DNA from: Armatimonadota bacterium
GTDB taxonomy: Bacteria; Armatimonadota; Hebobacteria; CAIYQO01
Reading direction: 5' to 3'
NCBI GenBank assembly: GCA_038248345.1
Contig: JBBRXO010000006.1
Span: 10-64,009 of the forward strand
Length of the DNA stretch: 64,000 bases
The notes under the pieces were generated by a model. That model saw only the letters and a program-made list of their open reading frames with translations, searched no databases and was not told the origin of the DNA. Shown in pieces: positions 18,733-27,995 of the stretch. How positions within the stretch are numbered: position 1 is the stretch's first letter; each line of letters starts with the position of its first letter. The position numbers were made by a program, and so were the translations under genes.

Positions 18733-20733
18733 ATGGGCCAATATCGCGATTCGCAGTTTTCTTTACGCGGATTCTCGCAGAAAATACATGACTTCTTTCT
18801 GGGTTCTCCCCTCGCATCATCGGCACAACTGGAGCACCGCCTACCGATCCTGCTGGCATTGCCGGTATTTGCTTCCGACGCCGTTTCTTCGGTAGCCTAC
18901 GGTACCCAGGAAATCCTTTTGCAATTCCACGACAAGGCGACAGATAAATTCTCTCCCGTGGCGATCCCATATCTTATGGGTATCAGCTTTGCTATCGCTA
19001 TCTTAATTGTCATCGTGGGGATGAGCTACCGCAAAGCTATCCACCTCTACCCTGCTGGCGGTGGCTCCTACACGGTAGCACGCGACAACCTGGGTACCTT
19101 ACCAGGCTTGATGGCGGCAGCGGCATTATTTATCGACTATATATTGACAGTGGCAGTGAGTATATCATCCGGTGTGGAAAACCTGGTAGCGGTGGTGAAA
19201 CCGTTGAGTGGGTATATGGTCATATTTGGCTATGGCGTTCATATCCCTATCCTGCTGTGCATATTATTGGTATTCCTTATCATGCTGGTAAATCTGCGTG
19301 GCACTAAGGAATCGGGGTGGTTCTTTGCCATCCCGGCATATAGCTTCGTCTTCATGCTCTCATTGGCTTTGATCATGACCGCATATCGGTATTTCACCCA
19401 TAGCTGGGTTCCTGATGAAATGCAGATAATGGCAACGGAAAACACTCTCAAAGGTGTTGGCTTGCTGGTAATTTTGAAGGCCTTCTCCAGTGGGTGTTCC
19501 GCCCTCACAGGTGTGGAGGCCGTCAGCAACGGTATCTCGGCATTTGAGAAACCAGAGGCCAAAAACGCCGCCAAAACGTTGACGATACTGATGGTGATGC
19601 TGGTGGTGCTCTTCCTCGGGTTAGGCGCCGCAGCCGTATATTTCCATGCCTTGCCGGTAGAAGGTGAGACCGTAATCTCGCTGGTGGCACGCCATAGCTT
19701 CGGCGGCTCGCAACTGGGAGTATTCGCCACCTATGCACTCTCCATCACCACCCTCTCCATCCTGATGATCGCCGCCAACACCAGCTTCGCCGGCTTCCCC
19801 CGGTTAATCGCCATCGTCGCCAAGGATGGATACGCGCCAAAATCCTTCGCCAACCTGGGCGAGCGGCTGGTACACAACCAGGGTATCTTCATGCTCGCAG
19901 TTCTATCGATTGTGTTGATTATCGCGCATGACGCCAAAACCAATGCGCTTATTCCGCTCTACGCCGTGGGCGTATTCCTCTGCTTCACCCTCTCGCAGTC
20001 TGGCATGGCGAAGAAAGCACATGAGATGCAGGAGAAGGGTTGGCGTTCCACCATGGCGCTAAACATCTTCGGCGCGGTGATTACTGGCTTGGTGACAATG
20101 GTGCAGGCGATCAGCAAATTCTCCGAAGGCGCCTGGCAGGTAGTCGTATTCCTGCCTCTCCTCGTCTCCATCTTCTATGTCATACATCGACATTATAAAT
20201 GGTTCGACAAAGTTATGATTGTCGGTAAAGATGATTACAATCCACTAGCCGAAGCGCCGCGTCCTTCACTGGTGCTGGTACTCATCTCTTCAGATATCCA
20301 TCGTGGCATCTTGGAGGGGCTGGATTGCGCGCGCTCCTTCATCGCCTGTATACCAGGCAGTGAGTTACGCGCCGTGCATGTGGAAATCGATGAAGTGAAG
20401 ACCGAACGTTTGCGGCTAAAATGGGCACAACTGGTGACACCGTACATGGGGAGCGAGATCAAGCTGGAAGTCATACAGTCACCATATCGCTTTATTTTAG
20501 AGCCAATCCTGGAGTATATCGATAGGGTAGACCTGCAACATATCAATGATAACGTCATCATCGTGTTGCCGGAGTTTGAGACCGGGTCGTATTTCACCCA
20601 GTTGCTCCACAACTTCACTGCCAACCGCATGCGCCGCGAGCTGCTCAACCGCCCGCACATCACCGTGGTCAGCAAACGCTACTTCATGCGCAATAAAGCC
20701 TGGCGTGAGGGGCGCGGGGGGTTAGTGTATTAA
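18733..20733 (+). CDS. kimA: KimA-type (YdaO-like) APC-superfamily high-affinity K+ importer with C-terminal cytoplasmic domain
   Basis: 666 aa. Near-identical blocks to B. subtilis KimA (DYILTVAVSIS, LKAFSSGCSALTGVEAVSN, IPLYAVGVF..FTLSQSGMA). Confidence 0.85.
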   Translation: MGQYRDSQFSLRGFSQKIHDFFLGSPLASSAQLEHRLPILLALPVFASDAVSSVAYGTQEILLQFHDKATDKFSPVAIPYLMGISFAIAILIVIVGMSYRKAIHLYPAGGGSYTVARDNLGTLPGLMAAAALFIDYILTVAVSISSGVENLVAVVKPLSGYMVIFGYGVHIPILLCILLVFLIMLVNLRGTKESGWFFAIPAYSFVFMLSLALIMTAYRYFTHSWVPDEMQIMATENTLKGVGLLVILKAFSSGCSALTGVEAVSNGISAFEKPEAKNAAKTLTILMVMLVVLFLGLGAAAVYFHALPVEGETVISLVARHSFGGSQLGVFATYALSITTLSILMIAANTSFAGFPRLIAIVAKDGYAPKSFANLGERLVHNQGIFMLAVLSIVLIIAHDAKTNALIPLYAVGVFLCFTLSQSGMAKKAHEMQEKGWRSTMALNIFGAVITGLVTMVQAISKFSEGAWQVVVFLPLLVSIFYVIHRHYKWFDKVMIVGKDDYNPLAEAPRPSLVLVLISSDIHRGILEGLDCARSFIACIPGSELRAVHVEIDEVKTERLRLKWAQLVTPYMGSEIKLEVIQSPYRFILEPILEYIDRVDLQHINDNVIIVLPEFETGSYFTQLLHNFTANRMRRELLNRPHITVVSKRYFMRNKAWREGRGGLVY

Positions 20734-20746
20734 AGGGCCTGCGTAC

Positions 20747-20782
20747 CCTGGGAGCGCCAATCTCCAGATTGGCGCTCCCAGG
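20747..20782. terminator. bidirectional terminator: perfect 17-bp-arm palindrome between convergent kimA and pepA
   Basis: cctgggagcgccaatct-cc-agattggcgctcccagg. Confidence 0.7.
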
Positions 20783-20789
20783 TTATTCA

Positions 20790-22280
20790 TCACCCCAAAA
20801 TATACTCCACCAACGCCCGTACTGGCACCCCGGTGCAGCCTTTCGGCTCATAGGCGCGTTCTTTGTCGAGCATACTGGTGCCGGCGATGTCCAGGTGGGC
20901 CCAGGGGGTGTCGCCGACGAATTCCTGCAGGAAGACGCCGCCCTGGCTGGCGCTGGCTTCACGGCTGGCGCTATTTTTGATATCGGCGATATCGCTATCG
21001 AGCATCTCGCGGATCTCCTCATCGAGCGGAAGATTCCACATGCGCTCACCCACCGTATCACCAGCGGCGCTGATAGCGTCAATGAGCGGCTGATTATTCC
21101 CCATGATGCCCGTCCAACGACGCCCCAACGCTACCATGCAACCGCCCGTGAGTGTGGCAATATCGATAATCTCATCGAAGCCGCCGTCAGCGGCAACGGA
21201 GAGAGCATCAGCGAGGACCAGGCGGCCTTCTGCGTCAGTGTTATCTATCTCGATAGTCATGCCGTTGCGCGCGGTGAGCACGTCATCTACTTTGTAGCTG
21301 GTACCGGAGACCATATTCTCGCACACGGGCAAAAAGCCCGAAACCACCACTCCCGGACGTAGTTTGGCGATGACGCCCAACACACCGAGTACGGCGGCGG
21401 CGCCAGCCATATCCGTCTTCATGTGGCGCATATGCTCCGCCGGTTTCAGCGACAGGCCGCCGCTGTCGTAGCAAAGACCTTTGCCCACCAGCGCCACTCG
21501 CTTGCTGGCGCCATCAGGGGTATAGTCCACCCGAATGAAACACGGCGGGTTAGCGCTGGCGCGGCCCACTGCTAGCAGGCAGTTCATGCGCTCTTCCACC
21601 AACTTCTCACCACTCCAAATTGTACACTGCAGCCCCAGCGCTTCCGACATATTGGTCGCATACTCGGCGAGGAACTGCGGAGTAACGACGTTAGGCGGCT
21701 CGTTGGAGAGGTCACGGGTGACATTAACCGCCGAGGCAATGACAGTTCCCTTGGATACTCCAGCCTCGATATCAGCGATTTTCGCCGCATCAAGCTCCAC
21801 CATGATGAGCTTGGCTACCGGCACCTCTTCATTTTTGCTCTTATATTTGCTGAAGCTATAGTCACCCAGCAACGCACCTTCGGTCACCGCCTGCGCGCAA
21901 CAATCAGCAGGAAGCCCGGCGATTCCTGCGCCGTGCAATATGGTAACTACCGTATTAGCCTTCACCTTCTTCGCTGCTTTAATGGCAGTGGAGGAAACCT
22001 GGCGAATCTGCTCCGCTCCGAATTTCTCGCGTTCGCCCAATCCTACTACTAGCACACGGGTGGCGAGAATTTTACCGTGGGTATCCAACAACAGCATACT
22101 ATTGAGCTTACCTTTGAAGTCCTGTTCGGCGATAGCCTTGCTGATCCATCCTCCGAGCGCTGCATCCACGGCACCGGTGCCGCCACCCGGAGCGGTAACG
22201 CCCGCAAATAGGTTCACAACTAATAAATCGCAACCAACCTGCACCAGATCGCCCTGCATTACTGATATATCCACCTTCAT
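20790..22280 (-). CDS. pepA: leucyl aminopeptidase (M17)
   Basis: M17 motifs VGKGLCYDSGG, NTDAEGRL. Start set at the second ATG (MKVDIS), which has an AGGGAGGAG RBS; the ORF extends to 22292. Confidence 0.9.
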   Translation of the reverse strand: MKVDISVMQGDLVQVGCDLLVVNLFAGVTAPGGGTGAVDAALGGWISKAIAEQDFKGKLNSMLLLDTHGKILATRVLVVGLGEREKFGAEQIRQVSSTAIKAAKKVKANTVVTILHGAGIAGLPADCCAQAVTEGALLGDYSFSKYKSKNEEVPVAKLIMVELDAAKIADIEAGVSKGTVIASAVNVTRDLSNEPPNVVTPQFLAEYATNMSEALGLQCTIWSGEKLVEERMNCLLAVGRASANPPCFIRVDYTPDGASKRVALVGKGLCYDSGGLSLKPAEHMRHMKTDMAGAAAVLGVLGVIAKLRPGVVVSGFLPVCENMVSGTSYKVDDVLTARNGMTIEIDNTDAEGRLVLADALSVAADGGFDEIIDIATLTGGCMVALGRRWTGIMGNNQPLIDAISAAGDTVGERMWNLPLDEEIREMLDSDIADIKNSASREASASQGGVFLQEFVGDTPWAHLDIAGTSMLDKERAYEPKGCTGVPVRALVEYILG

Positions 22281-22380
22281 CTCCTCCCTCATTTGTGGTT
22301 AAGCTTTGCTGAAATAATAACATATCTGCGCGCTGAAAGTAAGGTTATCAGGGGGTAATTGCAAAAACCATTTCTCGCTA

Positions 22381-22475
22381 GGATTGAAATCCCGGCTGCG
22401 TGGCATTAAAATGCCCGTCGTCCGCCTACGCGGGCGACCGGCACGAAGTGCCCTGCAGCCGGGACTTTAGTCCCC
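22381..22475. other. compact multi-hairpin structured element in the pepA / rapZ divergent intergenic region
   Basis: 9-bp outer stem cccggctgc/gcagccggg enclosing three 5-6-bp hairpins (ggcat-taaa-atgcc; gtccgc-ctac-gcgggc; ggcac-gaa-gtgcc). Flanked by ggatt-ga-aatcc and gggact-tt-agtccc. Confidence 0.4.
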
Positions 22476-22636
22476 AGCTGAATAACGGGGTTTTACAATC
22501 ACCTTAGCAGGAATGTTATGCAGATTGTTCTCTCATTGTCACACTAACACTCTGCGATTGGCTATGCCACCCTCCCCAAAAACCCGCTAATCTGCTAAAC
22601 TGGAGGGGTAGTAAATTTAATGTCTGGGGTGCCGTC

Positions 22637-23527
22637 ATGTATATTCCCGACCAACAGGAATGTCGCAATACTCATCGCTTCGTCATAGTCACCGGTTTGT
22701 CGGGGGCGGGGAAAACGCTCGCCATTCATACGCTGGAGGACATGGGGTATTATTGTGTCGATAATATTCCGCAAGAGTTGATTCCCGCAGTAGCGCAGCA
22801 TTGTAACGAGCATGGTATTACGCAGGTGGGCATTATATCTGACATTCGAAGCGGGGCGGATTTTTTGGAAAATCTGCCGGATATCGCCGGTAAGCTCTGC
22901 AAACTTGGTTTCCTCCCCACCATGGTGTTTTTGGAGGCTTCCGAAGAAGCGCTGATTCGCCGCTTTAAGGAGACACGCCGCCGCCATCCATTAAGCTCTA
23001 CTGAGCTGCCGCTGCCGGATGCAATCCGCCAGGAACGACAGGAATTGAACGAGCTACGCGCATGTGCCGACAAAATAATTGATACCAGTGACACCAGCAC
23101 TTACGCATTCAAGCAACAGATGGCATCACTTTTTTCTTCGGGCGAAGGTAGCGGGCACATTCTGGTTGATATTTTCTCTTTCGGGCACAAGCATGGCACC
23201 CCCATGGATGCCGACCTGCTCTTCGACGTACGTTTCCTGCACAACCCGTTTTACGTGGCGAAGTTGCAAAAACTCACCGGGGAAGACCAGCGCGTAGTGG
23301 ATTACGTTATGGAAGACCCGGGCGCAGCGGAGTTATTGCAGAAATTGCAGGAGCTACTCCTCTTCTCCTTGCCACGTTATGACGATGAGGGCAAGTCTTA
23401 CCTGACAGTGGGAATCGGCTGCACGGGCGGGCGTCATCGCTCGGTGGCCTTTGCTTGCTTGCTGGCGAATTTTGTGCGCGATCTGGGGTATGATGTGGTG
23501 CTGGAGCACCGGGATATCAATAAATAA
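22637..23527 (+). CDS. rapZ: RNase adapter protein RapZ (YvcJ P-loop NTPase)
   Basis: 296 aa. Walker A VIVTGLSGAGKT and full-length RapZ architecture. Confidence 0.9.
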   Translation: MYIPDQQECRNTHRFVIVTGLSGAGKTLAIHTLEDMGYYCVDNIPQELIPAVAQHCNEHGITQVGIISDIRSGADFLENLPDIAGKLCKLGFLPTMVFLEASEEALIRRFKETRRRHPLSSTELPLPDAIRQERQELNELRACADKIIDTSDTSTYAFKQQMASLFSSGEGSGHILVDIFSFGHKHGTPMDADLLFDVRFLHNPFYVAKLQKLTGEDQRVVDYVMEDPGAAELLQKLQELLLFSLPRYDDEGKSYLTVGIGCTGGRHRSVAFACLLANFVRDLGYDVVLEHRDINK

Positions 23528-24843
23528 TGTACAGACTACTGCTACCTGGCTTGCATATCAAACGTTGGGTCATGCTGATACTACTCGGTATGCTGGTATT
23601 TGGTATTGGGTTCTCACTGGCGGTCAGTTTGCAAAATGCCCTGTTTGCCTTCATGTGGTTTGTGTGGTTTCGCCTCACCCACCAGGCACTCTCCGAGAAT
23701 GCTCCCATCTTCATCGGGATGGTAATCGGTATCGGCGGTATTGCATTAGTCGCCTGGGGCATGAAAATGCTCATCAGCGCCTTCACGGCCATCACCAACC
23801 CCAATGCCACCAGTATGCAATTGCTCTATGAGCTACTGGAACAGCGGCAGGCGACGCCAAAACCCAGCGTAGTAGGAATTGGCGGCGGCACCGGGTTATC
23901 TACACTCTTACGCGGTCTGAAGGCCTACCCACTCGATCTCACCGCCATCGTTACCGTCAGCGATGACGGCGGCAGCAGTGGCCGTCTGCGTGGCGCACTG
24001 GACATGCCGCCCCCGGGAGATATACGCAACTGCCTGGTGGCGCTGGCGGAGGCGGAGCCGATGATGGAGAGCCTCTTTCAATATCGCTTCAGCAACGCCA
24101 GCGAGGAACTTAAGGGGCATCCGCTGGGCAATTTAATTATTGCCGGGATGCTGGAGATGACTGGAAACTTCCGCAAAGCTATCCAACAGGTGAGCCGCGT
24201 ACTGGCCGTGCGCGGTACAGTATTACCTACCACTGCTAAAGCGGTAATACTAAAAGCCACCATGACGGACGGCAGCATCGTCCGTGGTGAGACTGCCATT
24301 GTGGCACATAGTGGTACTATCGCGAAATTGCGGGTTGAACCTGCTGACACCCAACCATTGCCGGAGGTGCTGGAAGCTATCCGTACCGCCGATGTTATCA
24401 TCGTTGGCCCCGGCAGTGTCTACACGAGCCTGCTGCCCAATTTGATCATCAACGGTATGGCCGACGCTTTGCGCGACTCGCAGGCCATCAAAATTTTCGT
24501 CTGCAACGTAATGACACAGCCAGGAGAAAGCGAATCCTTCACCGCCGCCCAACACCTGGAAGTTGTACTGCAGCAGATGGGTGGCAATAATCCTTTCAAC
24601 TACACCATCGTCAACCTGCAACGCCCCCCTGAGCATGTTAAATCAGAATATGATTCCAAAGGCCAGCAGTATGTAGAGCCTGATCTCGCCAGCCTGCGCG
24701 CCCTCGGTGTCACCCCCATCACTGGCAATCTCCTCACCGAAGACCACGTTGCCCGCCATGACCCGGAAAAACTGGCCCAAGTAATCCTCACCCAGGTAGC
24801 TCGCGATAAGAGCTGGCCAAGTGTGCTACGGAGAAGAAAATAA
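23527..24843 (+). CDS. yvcK: YvcK/CofD-like gluconeogenesis factor (UPF0052), with N-terminal membrane segment
   Basis: VGIGGGTGLSTLLRGLK and TVSDDGGSSGRLR motifs. Adjacent to rapZ as in Firmicutes. Confidence 0.85.
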   Translation: MYRLLLPGLHIKRWVMLILLGMLVFGIGFSLAVSLQNALFAFMWFVWFRLTHQALSENAPIFIGMVIGIGGIALVAWGMKMLISAFTAITNPNATSMQLLYELLEQRQATPKPSVVGIGGGTGLSTLLRGLKAYPLDLTAIVTVSDDGGSSGRLRGALDMPPPGDIRNCLVALAEAEPMMESLFQYRFSNASEELKGHPLGNLIIAGMLEMTGNFRKAIQQVSRVLAVRGTVLPTTAKAVILKATMTDGSIVRGETAIVAHSGTIAKLRVEPADTQPLPEVLEAIRTADVIIVGPGSVYTSLLPNLIINGMADALRDSQAIKIFVCNVMTQPGESESFTAAQHLEVVLQQMGGNNPFNYTIVNLQRPPEHVKSEYDSKGQQYVEPDLASLRALGVTPITGNLLTEDHVARHDPEKLAQVILTQVARDKSWPSVLRRRK

Positions 24844-24857
24844 TCGGTGGATGTACG

Positions 24858-26096
24858 CTATTCCGACTTTTTCCGCGGTAGTATAGTCATCAAATAGTCA
24901 TCAGTGGCTTCAAAAATCGGATCAATCTGGTTGAATTGTCGCATCAGGGGAATGACCTTGGTTCTTACCCCCATCCCACGAGCATCAACATACCCGTAGT
25001 CACGGAGAATCCCCACCATCAGGGGGTTGCGCGGTGAACGTTGCCCTGCTACCATTTTGCTAACGGTCATTGAATTCTGCAATTTCCCCGGACTGATAAC
25101 CTCGAGCCGATCATGATAACAGGTAACCCCCACGTCAACCGATCTTGTCCAGTCACGGTGCGCCAAAGCGTTGATCACAGTCTCACGGATAGCCTCCCAT
25201 GGATAGAGCCAGGTTTTTTCTTTCCGCATATACTCATCAATCGTGGGAGATTCCTGGGTAATAAAAGGAGCTATTGCCGAGGCAAACTTCTCAAAAAGAC
25301 CCCCATCAACCAGCTTCTTCATCCCGGTATCCGTGACCTGCCAACGCCCTACTAGAGGTGCATCCAACTCAATATCCAGCAGCGCCTGGTATTCTTTTTC
25401 TACACCAGCAAAAGCCATGATCCGCAAACCTGCCTGCCGAAGGAAACGACGAGGATTTATGCCAAAGCAGAGTAAGCCCGCTATTGAACACACAGTATTG
25501 CCCAGTCCATCTTCTACCATCAACCCCAATCCCAACAAACGGTCAATCCATTCTGCGTCATTAGTTGGCATTTCAGGATCTTTAATTATTTGCCGCAGAT
25601 AATAGTCAATTCTATCGATATCCATATCGGTCAGCTTCGTCCCTGCTACCGGCAACACTTCGATGTGAAGTAATCCACCACTTTCAAATAGCCGCATTTG
25701 TTGTTCGCGCGTGGCTATTTCAGACCTATCACCCATGCGGATGTAGACATCTTCTCTGTTGTTATTACGTACCACATACGGTTTTGATATCCCCGCCGTA
25801 AGTGTGATTATCCCAACTTTTACACCTGGGTCAATAATTATCTCTTCGTAGAATGGAATGATCTGTGGATGTACTTTGTCCCGAAAGACATTCAATACCC
25901 ATTCTTGGGTTGCCTGACGTTGGATACCGGTTATTTCGCCGTTGTCCTCTACTCCCAGGAAGATTCTACCACCCTGAAGATTTGCAAACGCTACTATCTC
26001 TTTAGCTAATTGCTCAGGTCTAATATCATCTCGCTTGAACTCCACTCCAGAATTTTCTCCATTAGAGATTATTTGTAATAATTCTTCCCTAAGCAT
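24858..26096 (-). CDS. AlbA_2 (Schlafen-like) plus HATPase_c_4 ATP-binding protein, 'putative transcriptional regulator / RecG-like' family
   Basis: 412 aa. N-terminal EELLQIISNGENSGVEFKRD...AFANLQGGRIFLGVED is the AlbA_2 signature; C-terminal region is HATPase_c_4-like. Confidence 0.7.
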   Translation of the reverse strand: MLREELLQIISNGENSGVEFKRDDIRPEQLAKEIVAFANLQGGRIFLGVEDNGEITGIQRQATQEWVLNVFRDKVHPQIIPFYEEIIIDPGVKVGIITLTAGISKPYVVRNNNREDVYIRMGDRSEIATREQQMRLFESGGLLHIEVLPVAGTKLTDMDIDRIDYYLRQIIKDPEMPTNDAEWIDRLLGLGLMVEDGLGNTVCSIAGLLCFGINPRRFLRQAGLRIMAFAGVEKEYQALLDIELDAPLVGRWQVTDTGMKKLVDGGLFEKFASAIAPFITQESPTIDEYMRKEKTWLYPWEAIRETVINALAHRDWTRSVDVGVTCYHDRLEVISPGKLQNSMTVSKMVAGQRSPRNPLMVGILRDYGYVDARGMGVRTKVIPLMRQFNQIDPIFEATDDYLMTILPRKKSE

Positions 26097-26157
26097 AATT
26101 CACCTCAAAGGATTGCGCTTCGCCAACAATAACTATGTGTGCCAGCAGCTTAAAACA

Positions 26158-27924
26158 TTATTTCCCCACCACCAGCGCCCCACTTAATGCTACACCTTTA
26201 ATGCGGCAATGATAGGGTAGCCGCTGGCCTGCTTCCAGTGTTGTAGGGACAACCCAGGCAAAGACTTCTCCATCGGGGATCCCTTGTGGTAAAACGTTGT
26301 CGGAGACGAAGGAGCCGTCATCGGCGATCACTGTACGTGGCGCGCCGGAGGCGTTCTGCCAGATGACTATTGATCCAGGAGCAACGGTCAACTCGGCAGG
26401 ATTGTAGTCGCCATTGATTGTAATTGTCATCATTGTGGGCGGTGTGGCTTTGTCTGCTACCAGGAAAGAGCGCGTGAAGGCGCTCATGTTGCCGCGGCCA
26501 TCCTTTGCCGTCATTACCAGCCGATGTATCCCGACCGCTAGCGGTGTAGTAGGATTCAGCTCAATGAAGTAAAACGACGCCTTGGCGCTATACTGTAATG
26601 CTCGTGTGTAGTCTACCCTATCAAGAGTGCAGGTGACGCCGCCGGGCATTACACTCGATCCTTCATCCTCAATGCTCACTCCCAGATAGCGTAGCGATCT
26701 TCGGTCATTCACGCCATCGTTCCAGTTCAACGGTTGCGTGCTGCTCATCGTCGGGCCGTCCACATCGGGAGCGCCCGCACTTAGCTTCAGCAGATTCCCA
26801 CCGGAGGTGGCGATAAATAGATCGTTACCACTGACGCCAGGAACGCCGAACTTCAACGCCGGATGTACTCCCGGCATACGATAGAGCCAGAGCATACGCC
26901 CGGTATCCTTGGTGAATATCCCTATCATCCCGTGCTCCATACGTACCACCAGCAGAGCGCCCCATACCAGCGGCGCGGCAGTAGCCGTCGCGGGCAACAC
27001 GGCACCAGGTAGCGTTTTGCCGTCTTTGCTGGTGCGTTTCCAGCTATCTTTACCCGTGGAGGTATCCAACGCCAATATCGTGCCCGAGCGAGTGCCCGCA
27101 TAAATCAAACCACCATCTACCGTCAGTGGGAATGGCAGAATATCACCAGTGTAGCGCCATAGGACGGGGTTCATAGTATCTGTGGAATCAGTGGCAATAA
27201 TTCCACCCGCCACCGGCACGTAAATCTGGTTGCCGTCGGCAGTAGCGGTAAGGGGCAACGGTGCCGCAGGAAGCTGGGCCGACCAGCGTTGCGCCACATG
27301 GCCATCCACCATCTCTACCCGCGCCTGGCTACTATCCAGGTAAGTGAGCAACATACTGCCACCCTGTGCTAACGGCGCTCCTGCGATCTCATGACCAAGG
27401 GTAAACGGATTGAGCATCTTTCCGTTATGCTGTTCGATAAGCTGGATACTGCTGGATTTAAGCGCATAAAAAAGATATCGCTCGTCATGCGTCGGCCCGT
27501 TGACTATGGAGGTGTTCAATGTCGTCTGCCAGGCCACTTCGCCCGTACTCGGTTCGCGACCTTGCACAATGCCATTTGGCATAGAGATCACGAGCCGCCC
27601 ATCGAGCAGCAAAATATCATCCAATGGGGCTTGCGGTAACGCCTGTGCCCATCGCACCTCGCCAGTATCTACCGTGACAGCGGACAATTTACGGCCAAAG
27701 GCGACAATTACCAGCCCATTAGTGATGACAGTATTCGACGGAGTATCTGTGCCGTTATTAAGCGACGCTTTCCACACCAGTGCCGGAAGCTGTGGGCAAG
27801 CTACCTCCAGGAACGTACCTTTATTGCTAGGCCCACGCCCCCCGTTGTAGGGGACGCCGGCGCACGCCGCCAATGCCATAATGGCGAACAATAGAAGAAT
27901 ATTTATACGAATAATTAGCTGCAT
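26158..27924 (-). CDS. secreted PQQ-like beta-propeller repeat protein with C-terminal cupredoxin/Ig-like domain
   Basis: Signal peptide (MQLIIRINILLLFAIMALAACAG). Repeated hydrophobic-G-x-hydrophobic propeller blades (DGRLVISMPNG, TGEVAW). ORF extends to 27945. Confidence 0.55.
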   Translation of the reverse strand: MQLIIRINILLLFAIMALAACAGVPYNGGRGPSNKGTFLEVACPQLPALVWKASLNNGTDTPSNTVITNGLVIVAFGRKLSAVTVDTGEVRWAQALPQAPLDDILLLDGRLVISMPNGIVQGREPSTGEVAWQTTLNTSIVNGPTHDERYLFYALKSSSIQLIEQHNGKMLNPFTLGHEIAGAPLAQGGSMLLTYLDSSQARVEMVDGHVAQRWSAQLPAAPLPLTATADGNQIYVPVAGGIIATDSTDTMNPVLWRYTGDILPFPLTVDGGLIYAGTRSGTILALDTSTGKDSWKRTSKDGKTLPGAVLPATATAAPLVWGALLVVRMEHGMIGIFTKDTGRMLWLYRMPGVHPALKFGVPGVSGNDLFIATSGGNLLKLSAGAPDVDGPTMSSTQPLNWNDGVNDRRSLRYLGVSIEDEGSSVMPGGVTCTLDRVDYTRALQYSAKASFYFIELNPTTPLAVGIHRLVMTAKDGRGNMSAFTRSFLVADKATPPTMMTITINGDYNPAELTVAPGSIVIWQNASGAPRTVIADDGSFVSDNVLPQGIPDGEVFAWVVPTTLEAGQRLPYHCRIKGVALSGALVVGK

Positions 27925-27995
27925 CGACACACACCTCAGCCACAATATGACTGTGCATATGATACCATATTTGAGATGATTAGGCGGAACCGCAC

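Noticed and set aside
22391-22463. Possible tRNA (cloverleaf-like three-hairpin element)
   Set aside because: The arms have 3-4-nt loops. There is no 7-nt anticodon loop, no T-loop GTTC(G/A)A motif, and a 9-bp rather than 7-bp acceptor stem. It is not a tRNA; kept as an unexplained structured element.
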